Source: Pocillopora damicornis (Eukaryota). Taken from it: 64,000 nucleotides of DNA. Below the pieces are notes generated by a model. It saw nothing but the letters and a program-made list of their open reading frames with translations, was not told the origin of the DNA and ran no database searches. Numbering within the stretch: position 1 is the stretch's first letter; the number at the start of each line of letters is the position of its first letter. Of this stretch, positions 38,401 to 51,212 are shown piece by piece. The translations under genes were made by a program, and so were the position numbers. The DNA is taken from positions 1-64,000 of the forward strand of contig NW_020846761.1 of the NCBI RefSeq assembly GCF_003704095.1, in the 5' to 3' direction.

Positions 38401-38990
38401 TTCTACAAATCACAACAGAGAATACGGTCGTGCAAACAATTTTAATGAAAAAGCGCACAGAATGGGAAAGGGCATGAAACGGTGTTGAAGCTTACATCAT
38501 GTGACCATAAAAAAAACCCTCTATCCTTTCGCATTGCTAATGTACTTATCCGCCTATTAATGACCTGTCTTCTCTTCTCTCCAAATATTTTTCAGTCCAA
38601 AGTGTTGCCCTAAGAAACAATCCTAATCCGTCAATCTCAGAAGAACCTTTAAACCTAAGATCTAAACTGACATACAGTTTTGTTCAGTCAAAACGCACAC
38701 AAACGCGAACAAACTACTTTTTAAAATCACAAACTGAAAAATGCCGTGCAAAGGTCAGCCATACCTAATTTCTCTGATTTAACCTCCCTTTTGTCTAAAA
38801 TCTGAGAAAGCTCGGAACCTAAGACTCCAAGCGAAATGCTATACAACTGAGGCAATGTCAAAATGATTTTTTAACTAGTGAACGAGGCAAGCATAATCCC
38901 GAGCCTATCTACACAAATTCTATAAATTTGGACTCATCGATTTAAGGCGAAATGTTACGCAATCAAGGAATTTTCAAAGTCGTTTCTCAG

Positions 38991-39701
38991 TTAGTAAATG
39001 AAGGCAATAGTGAACAGCAAAGGAATCCAAAGAGCTGCCAAACTAACAGTGAAAAACAGCGCACCACTCTTTTCAGAGAGCCTTTTCACTAGGTCGTCAT
39101 TCGGGTTTGGGCCCGTGAAATTCATCTGCAGGCAATCGGTTTCCTTGTAGACAAAGCTGGTTCCCCACATGCTCTCGCAAAGGTCCTTACCGTTGGTGAA
39201 GTAATCGCTAAAGTTCTTGCACGGCTTTTTACAAGTGTTCACTCCCGTCTCAGTCTTGTTAAAGTCTGTGATCCAATTTTTAGCACAGGTTAGGTCGTCT
39301 TTGCAAGCGTCGAACCAGCCATTGCAGAAACTTGCGCATACAGGGGCCTTCATGATTGCAGACGGATAATCGGGATTCTTCCAGAAGTACGTGTTGTGTG
39401 AGCAACGGTAAAAACATTCCACCATCACCATGAAAGCTTCACATTTGGGGCTCAAGGTGTTGTTGCACGGTGTCCACGAAAACTTTCCGACTTTCTCGAC
39501 CGGAGAGGTAGCAAGCTGTTTGGTGAAATCACTGGTGCAGCATGATGCATCTTTGTAAGATTTACAAGCCGCCATGCTTTCTTCTCCAGATGGGGATTCC
39601 TTGTGTTTATCACCAGGTAGACATTTTCCATGTCCTTTATGAGCCGCATTGGCGATCATGAAAAGAGAAATAGCCACAACCAAAACAGTTACAGTATTCA
39701 T
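38991..39701 (-). CDS. Riboflavin-binding protein / folate receptor family protein, intronless, signal peptide plus GPI-type tail (copy 2)
   Basis: ECFYRCSH, PVCASFCNGWFDACKDDLTCAKNW, DLCESMWGTSF, CLQMN; TATA-like element (plus-strand tttata) at about 39758-39766. Confidence 0.93.
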   Translation of the reverse strand: MNTVTVLVVAISLFMIANAAHKGHGKCLPGDKHKESPSGEESMAACKSYKDASCCTSDFTKQLATSPVEKVGKFSWTPCNNTLSPKCEAFMVMVECFYRCSHNTYFWKNPDYPSAIMKAPVCASFCNGWFDACKDDLTCAKNWITDFNKTETGVNTCKKPCKNFSDYFTNGKDLCESMWGTSFVYKETDCLQMNFTGPNPNDDLVKRLSEKSGALFFTVSLAALWIPLLFTIAFIY

Positions 39702-41193
39702 GGTTTCCTTGATCTTCGAAACGAATCGACTTCTGTCTCACTTCAAAATAAATTCAGCTTTATAAACCTTGTGTCATATGAATGATTACGTAACAATATC
39801 TGCCAACACGCATGCGAGCTGTCAGAATGTCTGTCGGACACAATCAAGTGACCTCTCACCCAGGACCAGAGTCGAAACGGGAGACAATTTTATTTGACGT
39901 TTTTATTTTAGTGTTTTCTATTTCTGATGAAATAGATGTTGGTAAAACTTGCCAGCTTTAGAGTTAAAAAGGCGGATTGTATCATTTTTGTGCTCTTGGA
40001 AAAAATGGATCCCATCCAAGGTGAGCTGAAGCAGCAAACCGAACTCTACTGAGACTGTAGCAACCCTCGTCGTCGGCGACGCCAACGGGGACATCTCGAG
40101 ACAAAAGATTTAATTTAGAACATTAGCTCTGCGCGTATGAAAATCTTTTACCCATTCTCGCCGTCTTTTGCAAAACAAGAACGTCATAGTACCAGATTCA
40201 GCCTATTCTGAGAACGGGAATGCCAAAAGAAAATTGTTAACTATCCTCTAGAACAGGTAATTCCTTCGCTTTTTTTTATCTCAAGTTTGGATCGGGCGCT
40301 AAACGACAACGGAGATAAATATATTGCATTACTTGAAACATTCTCAACGACTAGTGGCTGCACACGTGCGTTTTAAACTTTGAACATTTCTGAGCCCTCC
40401 TCTGCAAAACATCAAAGTGCAGTTTGACCTTGTTGGTTTTTTTTTTGTTTTTTGTTTTTTTTGTTTTGGTCCAGAAGGTGAAAAACAATCGACATTAAGT
40501 TGCTCAACATGCAGCAACAAGTCTGTCTTCTCAAATTCATCTGAGGAAAGCTGCCCGCCCATAGCAAAACTTTAATACAAGTAAAAGCTTATTTTATTTT
40601 TGCTAAGGTTTTCTAGTGTCGGAAATAGAGTGGTTTTTGGCAAACTGGAAAAAAAACGCTTCTATGATAGGAAATCTCTTGATTTCATGTTACTTTAACG
40701 GTAATTGTCTGCGGGGTATATACAATGACGAAAGGCAGACAAAGATGACAGGACTTTTCCTGTCTTCAATTTATAACAAGCATTAGTGATAAAGGTCTTC
40801 ACGTTAATATTAAAGCGCTAAGACTCAGCGCAACGCGTAAACATCTCCCGCAAAGCCGATAAAAATGTAGTTACTACAAAAGAAGGAAAAGAAACTGGAC
40901 GACGAAACAACTTTTCGCTTTATATCTCCTTCTGGCAACTTACAGTGTTCGCCCTGTGGCGATCCCAGAAATCTTGGCGTAAACAAAAGGATCCAACTAC
41001 TGGGAACTCATCAATTTACCATTTGTTCACAAAACATGATCACATCACATCTAAGAAAGCCGAAGACATCGCAGACATGTTGATTTAATAACTGTTTTGT
41101 TCCATGACACGCCAGGTGCCACCATGACGTTCGATTTGAGCAGGCCCTTATTATTGGCTCTTCAGTAAGAGTGTTTCTTCGCCCGCGAACATG

Positions 41194-41405
41194 TTAAACC
41201 CTTTAACTCCCAACATTTCCTAGTAATTCTCCTTACTATCTGTCATACAGTTCTTGTCATGTTAGTTTGGAGAATTTGAGATTGGATCAAGTTATAATCC
41301 CCTAATTGATATTTTTCTTTATTCTCATCACTTGTTTGCTTGATATTGTATTGATATTGTAAGGAGAAATTCTATCTTGGTCACTCATGGGAGGCAAAGG
41401 GTTAA
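41194..41405. mobile_element. piggyBac-like MITE
   Basis: accctttaactccc ... ggcaaagggttaa; inverted relative to the 63466 copy. Confidence 0.75.
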
Positions 41406-44201
41406 GGCCTTGAGTAACGCGACCCGTTGAGAGATCTGCAAGAGGTCGTCTGTACTGATAATTAGTGCCAGACTCCCGGCAGACCTCTCCATGACTCTTC
41501 TCAGATCTGGCCACAGGCGTAGAAATGCTCGCCGTCTGGCAGCACTAATGCAGAGGGTCTACTCTTAGACCAGCCTTTAAACGTAGAGGTGTTTCTAGTA
41601 AGTTCGAAGCCTTCCTCTTCACAAATCTTGCCACAAAGTTCCATCGCCCAAAGACGAACCCATGCCTATATGGTTATTTGGTTGTCCATAGTGAGGGGTG
41701 CGGCAAACAGCGAAGTTTTTTCTTTGCTATTAGGAAAAGTTTTGATAAAGCATCTATAGAGTATTGCAATCATGTTTTCTTTATTTCATATTGCTGCATC
41801 TGATCTAGAAGAGACTCGTTGCCCATGCGTGTGGGGAATAAGGTGAGTATGGGTGAAGAGGAGGCTACACCACATGGAAGAAAACTTCACTCATTAACAA
41901 TACCTCCATTTGTGATATCAATGGTTACAATTAATACAAAAAAAAAAATGATCTTTTTTTTAAAAAAAAAAATGGCATCAGAACTGGAAGCTCTCTATCT
42001 TCAGCTCTGGCGAAGAAAGAAATAACCCATAAAGTTGGAAACCGCAAAATTTTAAGCAAAAGACTCATTTTTAACAGATCAGCAACTTGTCAGAAATCAG
42101 AAATTCGACTCCTCTTCCTCCTCCCCTCCCCTCGCTCTGGAGAAAAAAAACTGGGTCAAATTTCCTTTGCTTATTTGGGTTATGTCGCAAACATCTGGCC
42201 AAAATACCGTGAAAGAAGGTGGAAATATGACGGATATTCCTTGAAATAACAACCACAGAGAAATGGGAGTAAACGCATTCTTGGTTTTGAGAACAGGTAC
42301 CAAAAAGTCACCCTCCACTCATAAGTTATTCATTGGTTGTGAACCGCCAGTTGAAAGGCTCACTATTCGCCAACATCTGGCGATCATTACGGGAAAAAAA
42401 GCAGGATAAGCTCAAAAAGAAGGGAATATTGAAAAGAAAACGAAATTATATTCTAGTTTAGAACAGAGGAGCGACGATTCAACGAAGGGATCATAGAATT
42501 AGATTGGAAATGAATTGTATTTGGTGGAAAGAACACTAACTTTGAAAGGTAAGTTATGGATTCGATTTTACAACTTTACAACCTTGGGAAAGGAAAAGGC
42601 AAATTATTTTAGACAGGTTGAATTCCTATTTTGCTGATAATTTTGGCAAGGGGAGAAGAGTGTGATGCTTAAGCTTCGACCTATCGAAGAAATGGGAAGA
42701 TTGATCAAATACAAAGTTTGGTGGTCAATACAAAACATGGTAGGGCACTTAGAAAAGAAATCCTTTTTGGTGTCTTGATTTTGAAATCGTTTGAGGCTGG
42801 AAGTTTGAAAGCGAAAATAGTACTGATTTGGCTATGAAATACTTATTAGCAAAAAATAATTCAAGCCGGAATCGACGAAAGTTCAAATTTGTCAGTATTT
42901 TTAAATTTAGAAATCAGCTACAGGTCTTTTCATCCAATGATCTCCATTTTGCTGGTACTGCAGACTGACACTAAATAAACATCTGGTGATTTCTGATTTT
43001 TTTTTTCCTACAATCTTTTTTATTTGCGACAAGTGATTTCCAGCAAGATTTCTTACCAACTTCGCGAGTATGTCCAGAGTAGCCTTCTAATGAAGGATTA
43101 AACATCAATATTTGATACGATACAAAATAAACGTTGTACTGTTTTATTTTGGAACGTAAATCACGTTTTGGTGAATTAGTCTCGTTTGGAGTAAGTTACT
43201 GCAGTCGTCAGCAACGACGTATACCAAAACCATTGCTTTATAGCGCTTAAAAGAGCTAAAATCTAAAGAAAGAGAAAAACAATTTTCCGATGAGAATTTT
43301 TTCATCACACCCTTAAACAGAAGAGAGACTGGTCCCTTTCAAGAAATCGCAGTTATTCCCCGAATTTAATCGATGGCTGTCTTAGTTAAGAAGACTCAAA
43401 ATCCAAGCCCTAAAGATCTCCAAGGAAAACAAGTTTCCCGTGATCTGTAACAACATTGTTTCTTTACATGCATATCGCGTAAAATCGATTTGTGGTTTAA
43501 CTCCTTTGAACCAGACACACAAGGTATAAAACTAACAGGTTTTCCATACGTTTTCCATGTGCTCCACTCTTAAAACGTTTGCATTGATCTGGAATCGAAT
43601 AATTTTTAAACGTCGAACATCCTACAAATGCTTTAGTGAAATCTTTTTCAACGGTATAGACATCAGTTACGCAGTATAAAAACAGAGTTTAAAAAAAATT
43701 GCCAATATATAGCTATTAACACACGCCTTTGTTTACCTTTGGGAAGCGCAGCGACTCTGAAGTTCGAGTCCAGGCCTTGTCCTTGCGTTACGTTCTCGGG
43801 AGAGACAATTTACTCTCAAAGTGTCTCCGTCTCCCCTCAGAAGTAAATATATAAATGCCAGTGAAGTTCCATGGAAGCCAGACGAAATGTTTGGGGTTAC
43901 TCAACTAGCATATTACACTGAACAATTAAGAAGGAGCTTTTTTACCCATAGCTGCTTCACGCTAACATAAACTTAGATAAGCTTCGGCAACTACGTTGGT
44001 CAATCTTATACACGGTTGTCTATTTGGAAATTTTGAAAAGAAAACAGTAATAAAATAATCTTCCACAACAGCGAAAAAAAACCAATAAATAAATCTTAGA
44101 ATCTTAAGAATCTTAAAAAAATACTTCACACGTCTAACTCAACAATTTGTGATATATCTGCCTCAGGAAACCCGAGTTGGCAAATACGAAGGACTTCGAT
44201 C

Positions 44202-47200
44202 ATGAAGATTACCATAGCCTTGATATTGCTAATTACGGCCAATTTCATACGAGGTAAGTTTCGTAAAGAGCGAGTAAAACGCTGAAAAAATCCGTGCGAA
44301 ATGGTAAACGTCGCGTTTAGTCACTTACCCAGACCTTCCAGTTACATTTACGAGACGTTTAGTTAATACCCAAACCTCCCTCGTTTTTTCACTACTCCGC
44401 TACCGTCAAGACGTTTACTATCGCGTTTCCTTTAGCTTACTAAACATTTGTGTCCAGGCGATACCGTTTTTAATTTCTTGCTTAACGTATGCAACTGGAG
44501 ACTGAGAATAACATCAATGATCCGCGAAAAAGCAGCAAAGTTTGATGTGAGGAACAAAATGTATAGAAGCAAATTGAAGAGTCTATGTTTTCATTGGGGA
44601 AAAGAATCTCGAACGCCAATCTTATCAGGCCTCAAATGAATCAGTTTATTTTTAGATAAATAGTTTTCTGCGCCTCTAGATAAAAACCTAACCACTTTCT
44701 CTCCGTGTTATAATCAATTCAAGGTCTTCCGGTTGATCGGGAACTTTTACGAGTCAAAAGAAAAGGAGAGGGAGAGATTGACAACAACGAAGAGACTTTC
44801 CATAGAGTGCGAAGATCACAAGACGACTTAGAAAGTGAAATTAGACGTAAAAGACGATTCTTTGCCCCGAACACACCGACACAAGAGACCGAGGACAGTT
44901 ATAAAACAAAAATGGAAGCTAGATCGTCTCGTTCATCCCGTGAGGATAGGGACATCACGGCAAAACGACCCGAGAGATTTCGTCTCCGAATTAGAAAAAG
45001 AAGCCAGGACGGAAGTTCCATACTCCGCGGCGATACTCCCGGCTCCGGTTCTCTGCCAGGATCGGGTTCTTCCGGGGCAGGGTTGTGGATGGGACCACTG
45101 TTAGAAAAAAAGAACGATAAACGAAGCGCAGGTTCAAACTCGCTGGATAATCTTATAGCTACGTTACGAGCGATCAGTTCTCTAAGTCCTGATGAAGATG
45201 ACAATTCGGCGGAAGAAGTCAGATCCTCTGGTTCAGGTCTGTGGATTGCGCCTGAAAGTACAGTTGATAATAAACTGCCACAGTTTTTTCAGGAGGAGGC
45301 AAACTCTGGTAGCGGTGAAAACCCGGAGAAAGCTTTAAGGCTGCTGAGTGAAACAGCCCAGAGAGAGTTAAACCAAAAAGCAAATGAAGTTGGCAGTGGT
45401 GCGGAGCAGAGAGTACAAAATGATGACAAAAAGGAAACCGAGCAGCAGACTGGCGAGAGACTTTTTAGACGAGAAATAGAGAGCGACGCGCCTGCAGATG
45501 ATTTAATTGCTGCTAATGAGAATCAGGATAAAAGAGGCGACTCTGAACAGGAAGACAATCCAGCCTCATCTTCAGGATCCGCTGATGATTGGCAAGAAAT
45601 CGAAGATAAGATTTCAGAACAACCAGATGAAAAAGTTACGCGGTCGCTAACAGAAGCCTTACTTCCAGACGCGTATTACCGCACAAAGAGGTCATCTCAA
45701 GAAAATGCGTTTCTGGTTTCAGACCACAGTCTCGGTGAAAATGACGCCCTTATTGGCGATAGCCTCGTGGCGCGGTTTTACCGCGATCAAGACGCAGTTT
45801 CCGATGACGTCACAGAAACTTCGATGACATCCCTTCCTAGCGAGACCCAGTCCCTTTCAAGTCCCGAAACCCAAGAAAAACCTGTAAAACGAGAACTGGA
45901 AAATCATAACTTTAGAGACTTCTCAGAGCCAAGGGTTGTGTACACAAGGCAGATTAGAGAAGCTCGAGAACCTATCATAGAAAGACCTGCCGTTTACTCA
46001 CAAATCGAAGACGAGAGTAAGATGGATTCCAGCTTCGGAGGCGAAGACGATGACGACGACGAACCAACTTTAACGATTCATGAAAGAGAGATTAGAGAAG
46101 ACGGTAGGATCAACAGTCTTCCTTCAAGTTTTACCTCAAAAAGTACATTAAGTTCAAAGTAAATCATATCAGTCGGTCACAGTATGGTAATCTGGTCGAG
46201 ATAGTATATTTTGTCAGCCAATCTTCTTTCAGTATAACAGCAACATCTATAAATTAGAGAGCTTCTCGATCTCAAAGATATAGAAATGGTTTTGCAGTTT
46301 TCTAATTTTAGTGGAGATGGAAATTGAAGTGAGTTATTGATAGCACAGTTTCACTATTTAAGCAACATGCAATCTGATGTTTGTTTACAGTAAGCTGGGC
46401 TGTTAACTTTTAAGAACAAAACGTTATTTTCTGCCCGTCGCATGAGGCGATTTCAGTTTTTTATTTTCCTCATTCGTTCCATAGAATTCGTTTAATCAGC
46501 ATGAATCTGTAGACTCAAGGATTTCAGTTTCAAAATTTTTAACAGCTAACAGAAAATGTAACCATTTCCAATTGCTAGGATATGTCGGCTGTTACGAGGA
46601 CAAGGCTCCCGACCGAGATCTTCCCTCCATAGTCTCAGTTCCCAAACTGACTCCAGACTCATGTCGTAGTGCATGCCGGACAGCAGGTCACGCTTATGCT
46701 GGAGTGCAGTATGGGTATTTGTGCAGGTGTGGCGATTCGTACGGGAAGTACACAAAGGTTTCAGACGAAGAATGTAATACTCACTGTACTGGAGATCATG
46801 CTCAGAAATGTGGAGGATTCTGGAGAAGTGCAATATTCACGACTGGTAAGTTGGAGCTCTCTGATCTTTAAACGACACTTGTAAAAGTTTGTCCTCAAGG
46901 ACTGCCAGTGAAGGAAACAGTCTCGAATCATTTATCATACAATTCGTGTAGACATTTATTTCGTGCGATGACTTAGAGGCAACCGACAAAGGAGGGAAAA
47001 ATTCTCTCAAATCAATAAGCAAAATTATTCCTATCCTATCCAAAGAGGTAAAGGCCTAGCTTTGACCAGCAAAGCGTACTTATGTCTATGACCAGATTTA
47101 TAGCATTGTTTAATTTTTCATTTATATTGCGAAAAATCAGTAATTAAGATTTTATGACGTTGTAATTCTTTTTTCCTTCCACAGCCGGAGCAATGGAACC

Positions 47201-50200
47201 CACAAAGCGTGGAAACTTCTTTCACATTGAAAGTGTTCGGCCTATGACAGAAGAAGGTGCATACTTTTCAGTGTCACAGTATTTCACATACGCAATCGCT
47301 CGGTTAGGATGTACAGCGCTTTTCGAATGAGTGTCGCAAAACCAAAACCAAAGTAATTACAACAGTCAATCTCAGAGAAGAGAAGAAAATATCCTGAACA
47401 ATCAATTAAAGCCCAATGTAAAAACAAAAAACCTTCTAAAGTGCGGGAAAACACGGGCGACTAAGTGGTGATTGGTTTTAACCCTTTACACCCTAACATG
47501 AGTTTGCATATTCTCCATACTGTTCATTATACATTTCTCAAGATGCAAACAAGGAGAATTTGTTCAACGATCAAAAGCTTCTTTAGTTGGTGATCATTTC
47601 CTTTATTCTTGTAACCTCTATGTGTGATTCAGGGGAGATATTGCAAGGAGAAATTAGATGCTAGTCACTCTTAAGGGTGAAAAGGTTAACGGCGTAATTT
47701 GGTTTTGTCGAATTAGTTGATAACGTAAATTGGCCTCCGTGAAGAGTTTCAAAGCAGACGTTTCGAGCGTTAGCCTTTCGTCAAAGCGAATGATTGGTTT
47801 AAGTTTTGCATCCGATTGGTTGAGAGATTTGCTTTGCGTGATTTTTCCGGACCAATCTCAGAGCGAAGAAAAGGAAATCCAATGCAATTCCGGATTTCTT
47901 TCCATGCTTTACTGAAAACGGTTCTGATGATAATTCTTCTTTGTTTAGATCTTTTTGACATTCCGCGCAGCGACATCGCTTCTGGTGGTGAAGCAGAGGC
48001 AGAGGAACATCAGCAACCAATAATCACAGAAACCTTTCACTTGACAGCTTCAGAATCCCCTGCGACTGAAGTAACGGCAGCTGAAGTGGTAACTACCCCA
48101 CTCGAGTCGTCTGGTAATTATGTGCAGGAGATACACAGAGAACCATCTCTCCAAGAATCCCCTGTGCAATCACTTCCCATAGAGACAGCCCAGGAAGACA
48201 ATTCTTTAAACACGCATGCGTCAGGCGAAGAGCACCCACATGAGAAAGCAGACTCTACGCATGCTACAGTATCTGCTTCTACAGTTGAGCCCGATTCTGC
48301 GCATGCTGCAGATATCTTACCTGCGATCGCAATTTCTGAAGCTCCTCCTCAAGCTTTGACCCAATCTGAACCCAAACCATCCTCCGGTTCGCCTGCAATA
48401 GCTACTCAACCGGTACCGAGTGTGGTTCATCCTCAACACAATGAAACGCCACAGGGTACCCACGGGAGTCGACTGATTTACTTGCATCAGCAACAGGATA
48501 TTTTGTCAAAACCAACTCCAAAAACTATCGTGGCAGTGGCTCCGGGAAAGCTCAAGGAAGGAAGTAAGTTGCTGAAATTTTCATACCATCATATATTCCT
48601 CTAGTTTAGATAATTATAGTGAACTTTTGCCAAGAAGAGTTGTGTTTTACCCTAGGCCATGTCTTAACTTGAAAATCATAATTTTTTTTATTCAAATACT
48701 TTATATTTTAGCTGTCGTCTACACGGGAACAATCAAGCTTAAACAAAGCTGGCTGGACCAGTTTGAAGATGCCAAAAGCGCAGAGTCAAAAATATTAACA
48801 GGAAATATCGAGCAAGCGGTATGTGGTTAAGAAATCATAGCAAAACATTTAAATCGCAAAAATGCCTAACAAACTGGTGCAACGAGTATCTGTTAAAAAG
48901 TACACGAAAAACTGTCTATTTTTATTTCATTCTGATAATTGTGTAAACTTTTCATCCTTTGTAAACCAATAGAGTATGTGCTTTTGTACGTTTAACTGAA
49001 AAAATTTACTAAACAACAAATTTTGTTTGACAGTTCAAGCGTGTGTTCAAGAATGATCCAAAATTTGTCAAGGCCGAGGTTGTAGGATTAAGGTAAGGAC
49101 TTTTCCAGGAATCACCGAATATTATGTACGATTCGCATTTTCCAACGTTGCCCTATTAGTTTAATAGTTAAAGATTCGCAATTACTTTAACAAGAATTCC
49201 TTCATGGGTGTTCCCTTGTCAATTTAGAAGAAAATCCCAACCTTTACCTTAGCAAATTCCCCCAAAACCTGATGTGCTGTTTGTAGGTTTGTGGGTATAT
49301 ATGTGAACTTAATTGACCACTTCATGGGCTTTTCAGGGCCAATACGAATAAATCAATAAATGGGTGACTGAAAAAAAAAAGTGTTTTAAAATATAAAGCA
49401 CAGTCAAGGCGTTGAACTCGGGGAAACCGGGAAAAATCCCAATGAGTTGCAGGGTGGAGAGCTTGAACCCAGGACCATATGAATACAAGCCTAACATCAA
49501 AACCACTAAGCTACACGGCCTGGTTAATGAATAAGGAGACCTTTTCGGGCAAAAGTCTACGAAGACCAAATTGTTTTTGTTGATGCAGATGACTTAACAA
49601 GAACTATATAGTGCGTAAAGAAATTCTGCGGCAACAAGAAGCACTTTGTACAATTTTCATGATTTGCTTCAATAACGAAATCTCCAGAATAACTCAGTCT
49701 TAAAATTCTATGTTTCTCAAGGGAAGGCCTCGTGAAACACAACCCGAACACCATACGTAAGGTGATTGCACCGTTCATTTTGACGTTCAAGAACGGCATC
49801 CAAGGCATCGAGGAGAAACTAAAGAACATGGTACAGAATGTGGGGAAACTTGATGATATGCCTGTGTATAAACATTCACTCCAATTGTCAGGTGAGGTGA
49901 AGATTTAGGAATAGATAGCGATACGAGAAAGGAAAGTTCACTTAGACACAGACTTAGAATAACTGTGAAGTCGGCCGAGTGGGTGCAGAACCCAAAAAGG
50001 CTAATTAACACGCAGTTTGCTCCCAGTCAGGAGACTGCTGACGAGCTAGGCTACGAAGATACGATTACGTGGCTAAAGTATTTTTAGACCTTAGTGATTA
50101 AAGATTTTTTCTGGCTACGCCATGACACTTACTGCTCGTTGCAGACTTTATCTCACACGTCCACTGAACGATTACATTATGGCTTATTGCACCGTATTTA

Positions 50201-51212
50201 ACTTGTCTCGTGGAAGGAGATCGGTGAAAAAAAATTCAAGTTTCAAACATAAATGTATAAATTGCTGTATTTTTTATTATGTCCTTTCTTCTTTATTTAT
50301 TAATCTAAAGTATTAACTCATTTGCGTGTTAATTATTTTACAGAATATAGTCATTCACCAGCTGTAGGAAAAGCACCGGAAACAATGGACGAGGCAAGCA
50401 AAGTGGACCTCGTTGAGGAGGATAAGAAGCGGAGTACTGTCAATATTCCAAGTAAGAAATCACTCTCAAAACAGAAATTCTCATGGCGCTTTTCAATTGA
50501 GTGTCGTAAAACCAAAATTAAAGTTGTAACAACGGCCAATCAGAAGAAGGAACATACCATTAAGACCTAATGAGAATTCAGAGTAAAACCGACCAATCTG
50601 CCTAAAGCGCGGGAAAACGCGGGCGACCAAGTCGTGATTGGTTTGAGTATTGCATCTGATTGGTTGAGAGAATGGCATGAGTTTTCTGGACCAATCAAAG
50701 CGCGAAGTAAAGCAAAAACAAAGCAATCCCAGATCACTTTGGACACTCAATTGAAAATTTTTCTACATAACGGGAATTCGATTCTCTACATAACGGGAAT
50801 TCGAAGCCAACGCGAAAACAGTACAGCTAACTGTTCTTAACTAATTTCGGGTATTCGTTTCAAGAAAAAAATACTAGGTCTTCACTTGCTACAGTCGTTT
50901 GCAAAAAAATCGCTCCCTCAGTCTGCAGCTTTGCTAGGGGACAATTAACACTTCCCAAAACATTGCCAACAAGGAAAAAAATTCACGAAATAAATTAAAC
51001 TGACAGAATGAATGACCTCAAGGGGGCTATCTACAACACTCCACCCGAGGGAAGAGCTTTACATGTAGTCGAAACCCGCCGTCTGAAACAGAATGCAGAA
51101 AGACGTTTCTGAACAACCACATGGAATTAGACTTAATTCACCTCGTCCTTCTTTTTCAGACGGTGGAGTTGATCCTTTCCTTAAAGGAATATTTAGACAG
51201 ATTTCGGCGTGA
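44202..51212 (+). CDS. Secreted ~971-aa acidic Ser-Gly-rich pro-protein with WSC and SEA domains
   Basis: Coding exons 44202-44253, 44724-46103, 46546-46845, 47185-47256, 47949-48563, 48712-48818, 49034-49092, 49722-49891, 50344-50451, 51160-51212, all in phase. Signal peptide MKITIALILLITANFIRG; WSC motif YVGCYED...YAGVQYGYLCRCG...C...C.G....CGG; SEA-like segment VVYTGTIKL...SLQLS; probable 5'UTR exon donor at about 42549. Confidence 0.85.
47320..47920. mobile_element. Nested repeats: CCAATCA-family element interrupted by a piggyBac-like MITE (47478-47689) and a Penelope-like fragment (47690-47790)
   Basis: tgattggttt duplicated at 47469 and 47791; TTAA at both MITE ends. Confidence 0.7.
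50490..50760. mobile_element. Near full-length CCAATCA-family MITE
   Basis: ttttcaattgagtgtc ... gacactcaattgaaaa inverted termini. Confidence 0.8.

Noticed and set aside
45070-45260. GLW motifs (SGAGLWMGP, SGSGLWIAP) as GLWamide neuropeptides
   Set aside because: Not followed by the Gly plus basic residue amidation/cleavage signal (GLWG-K/R)
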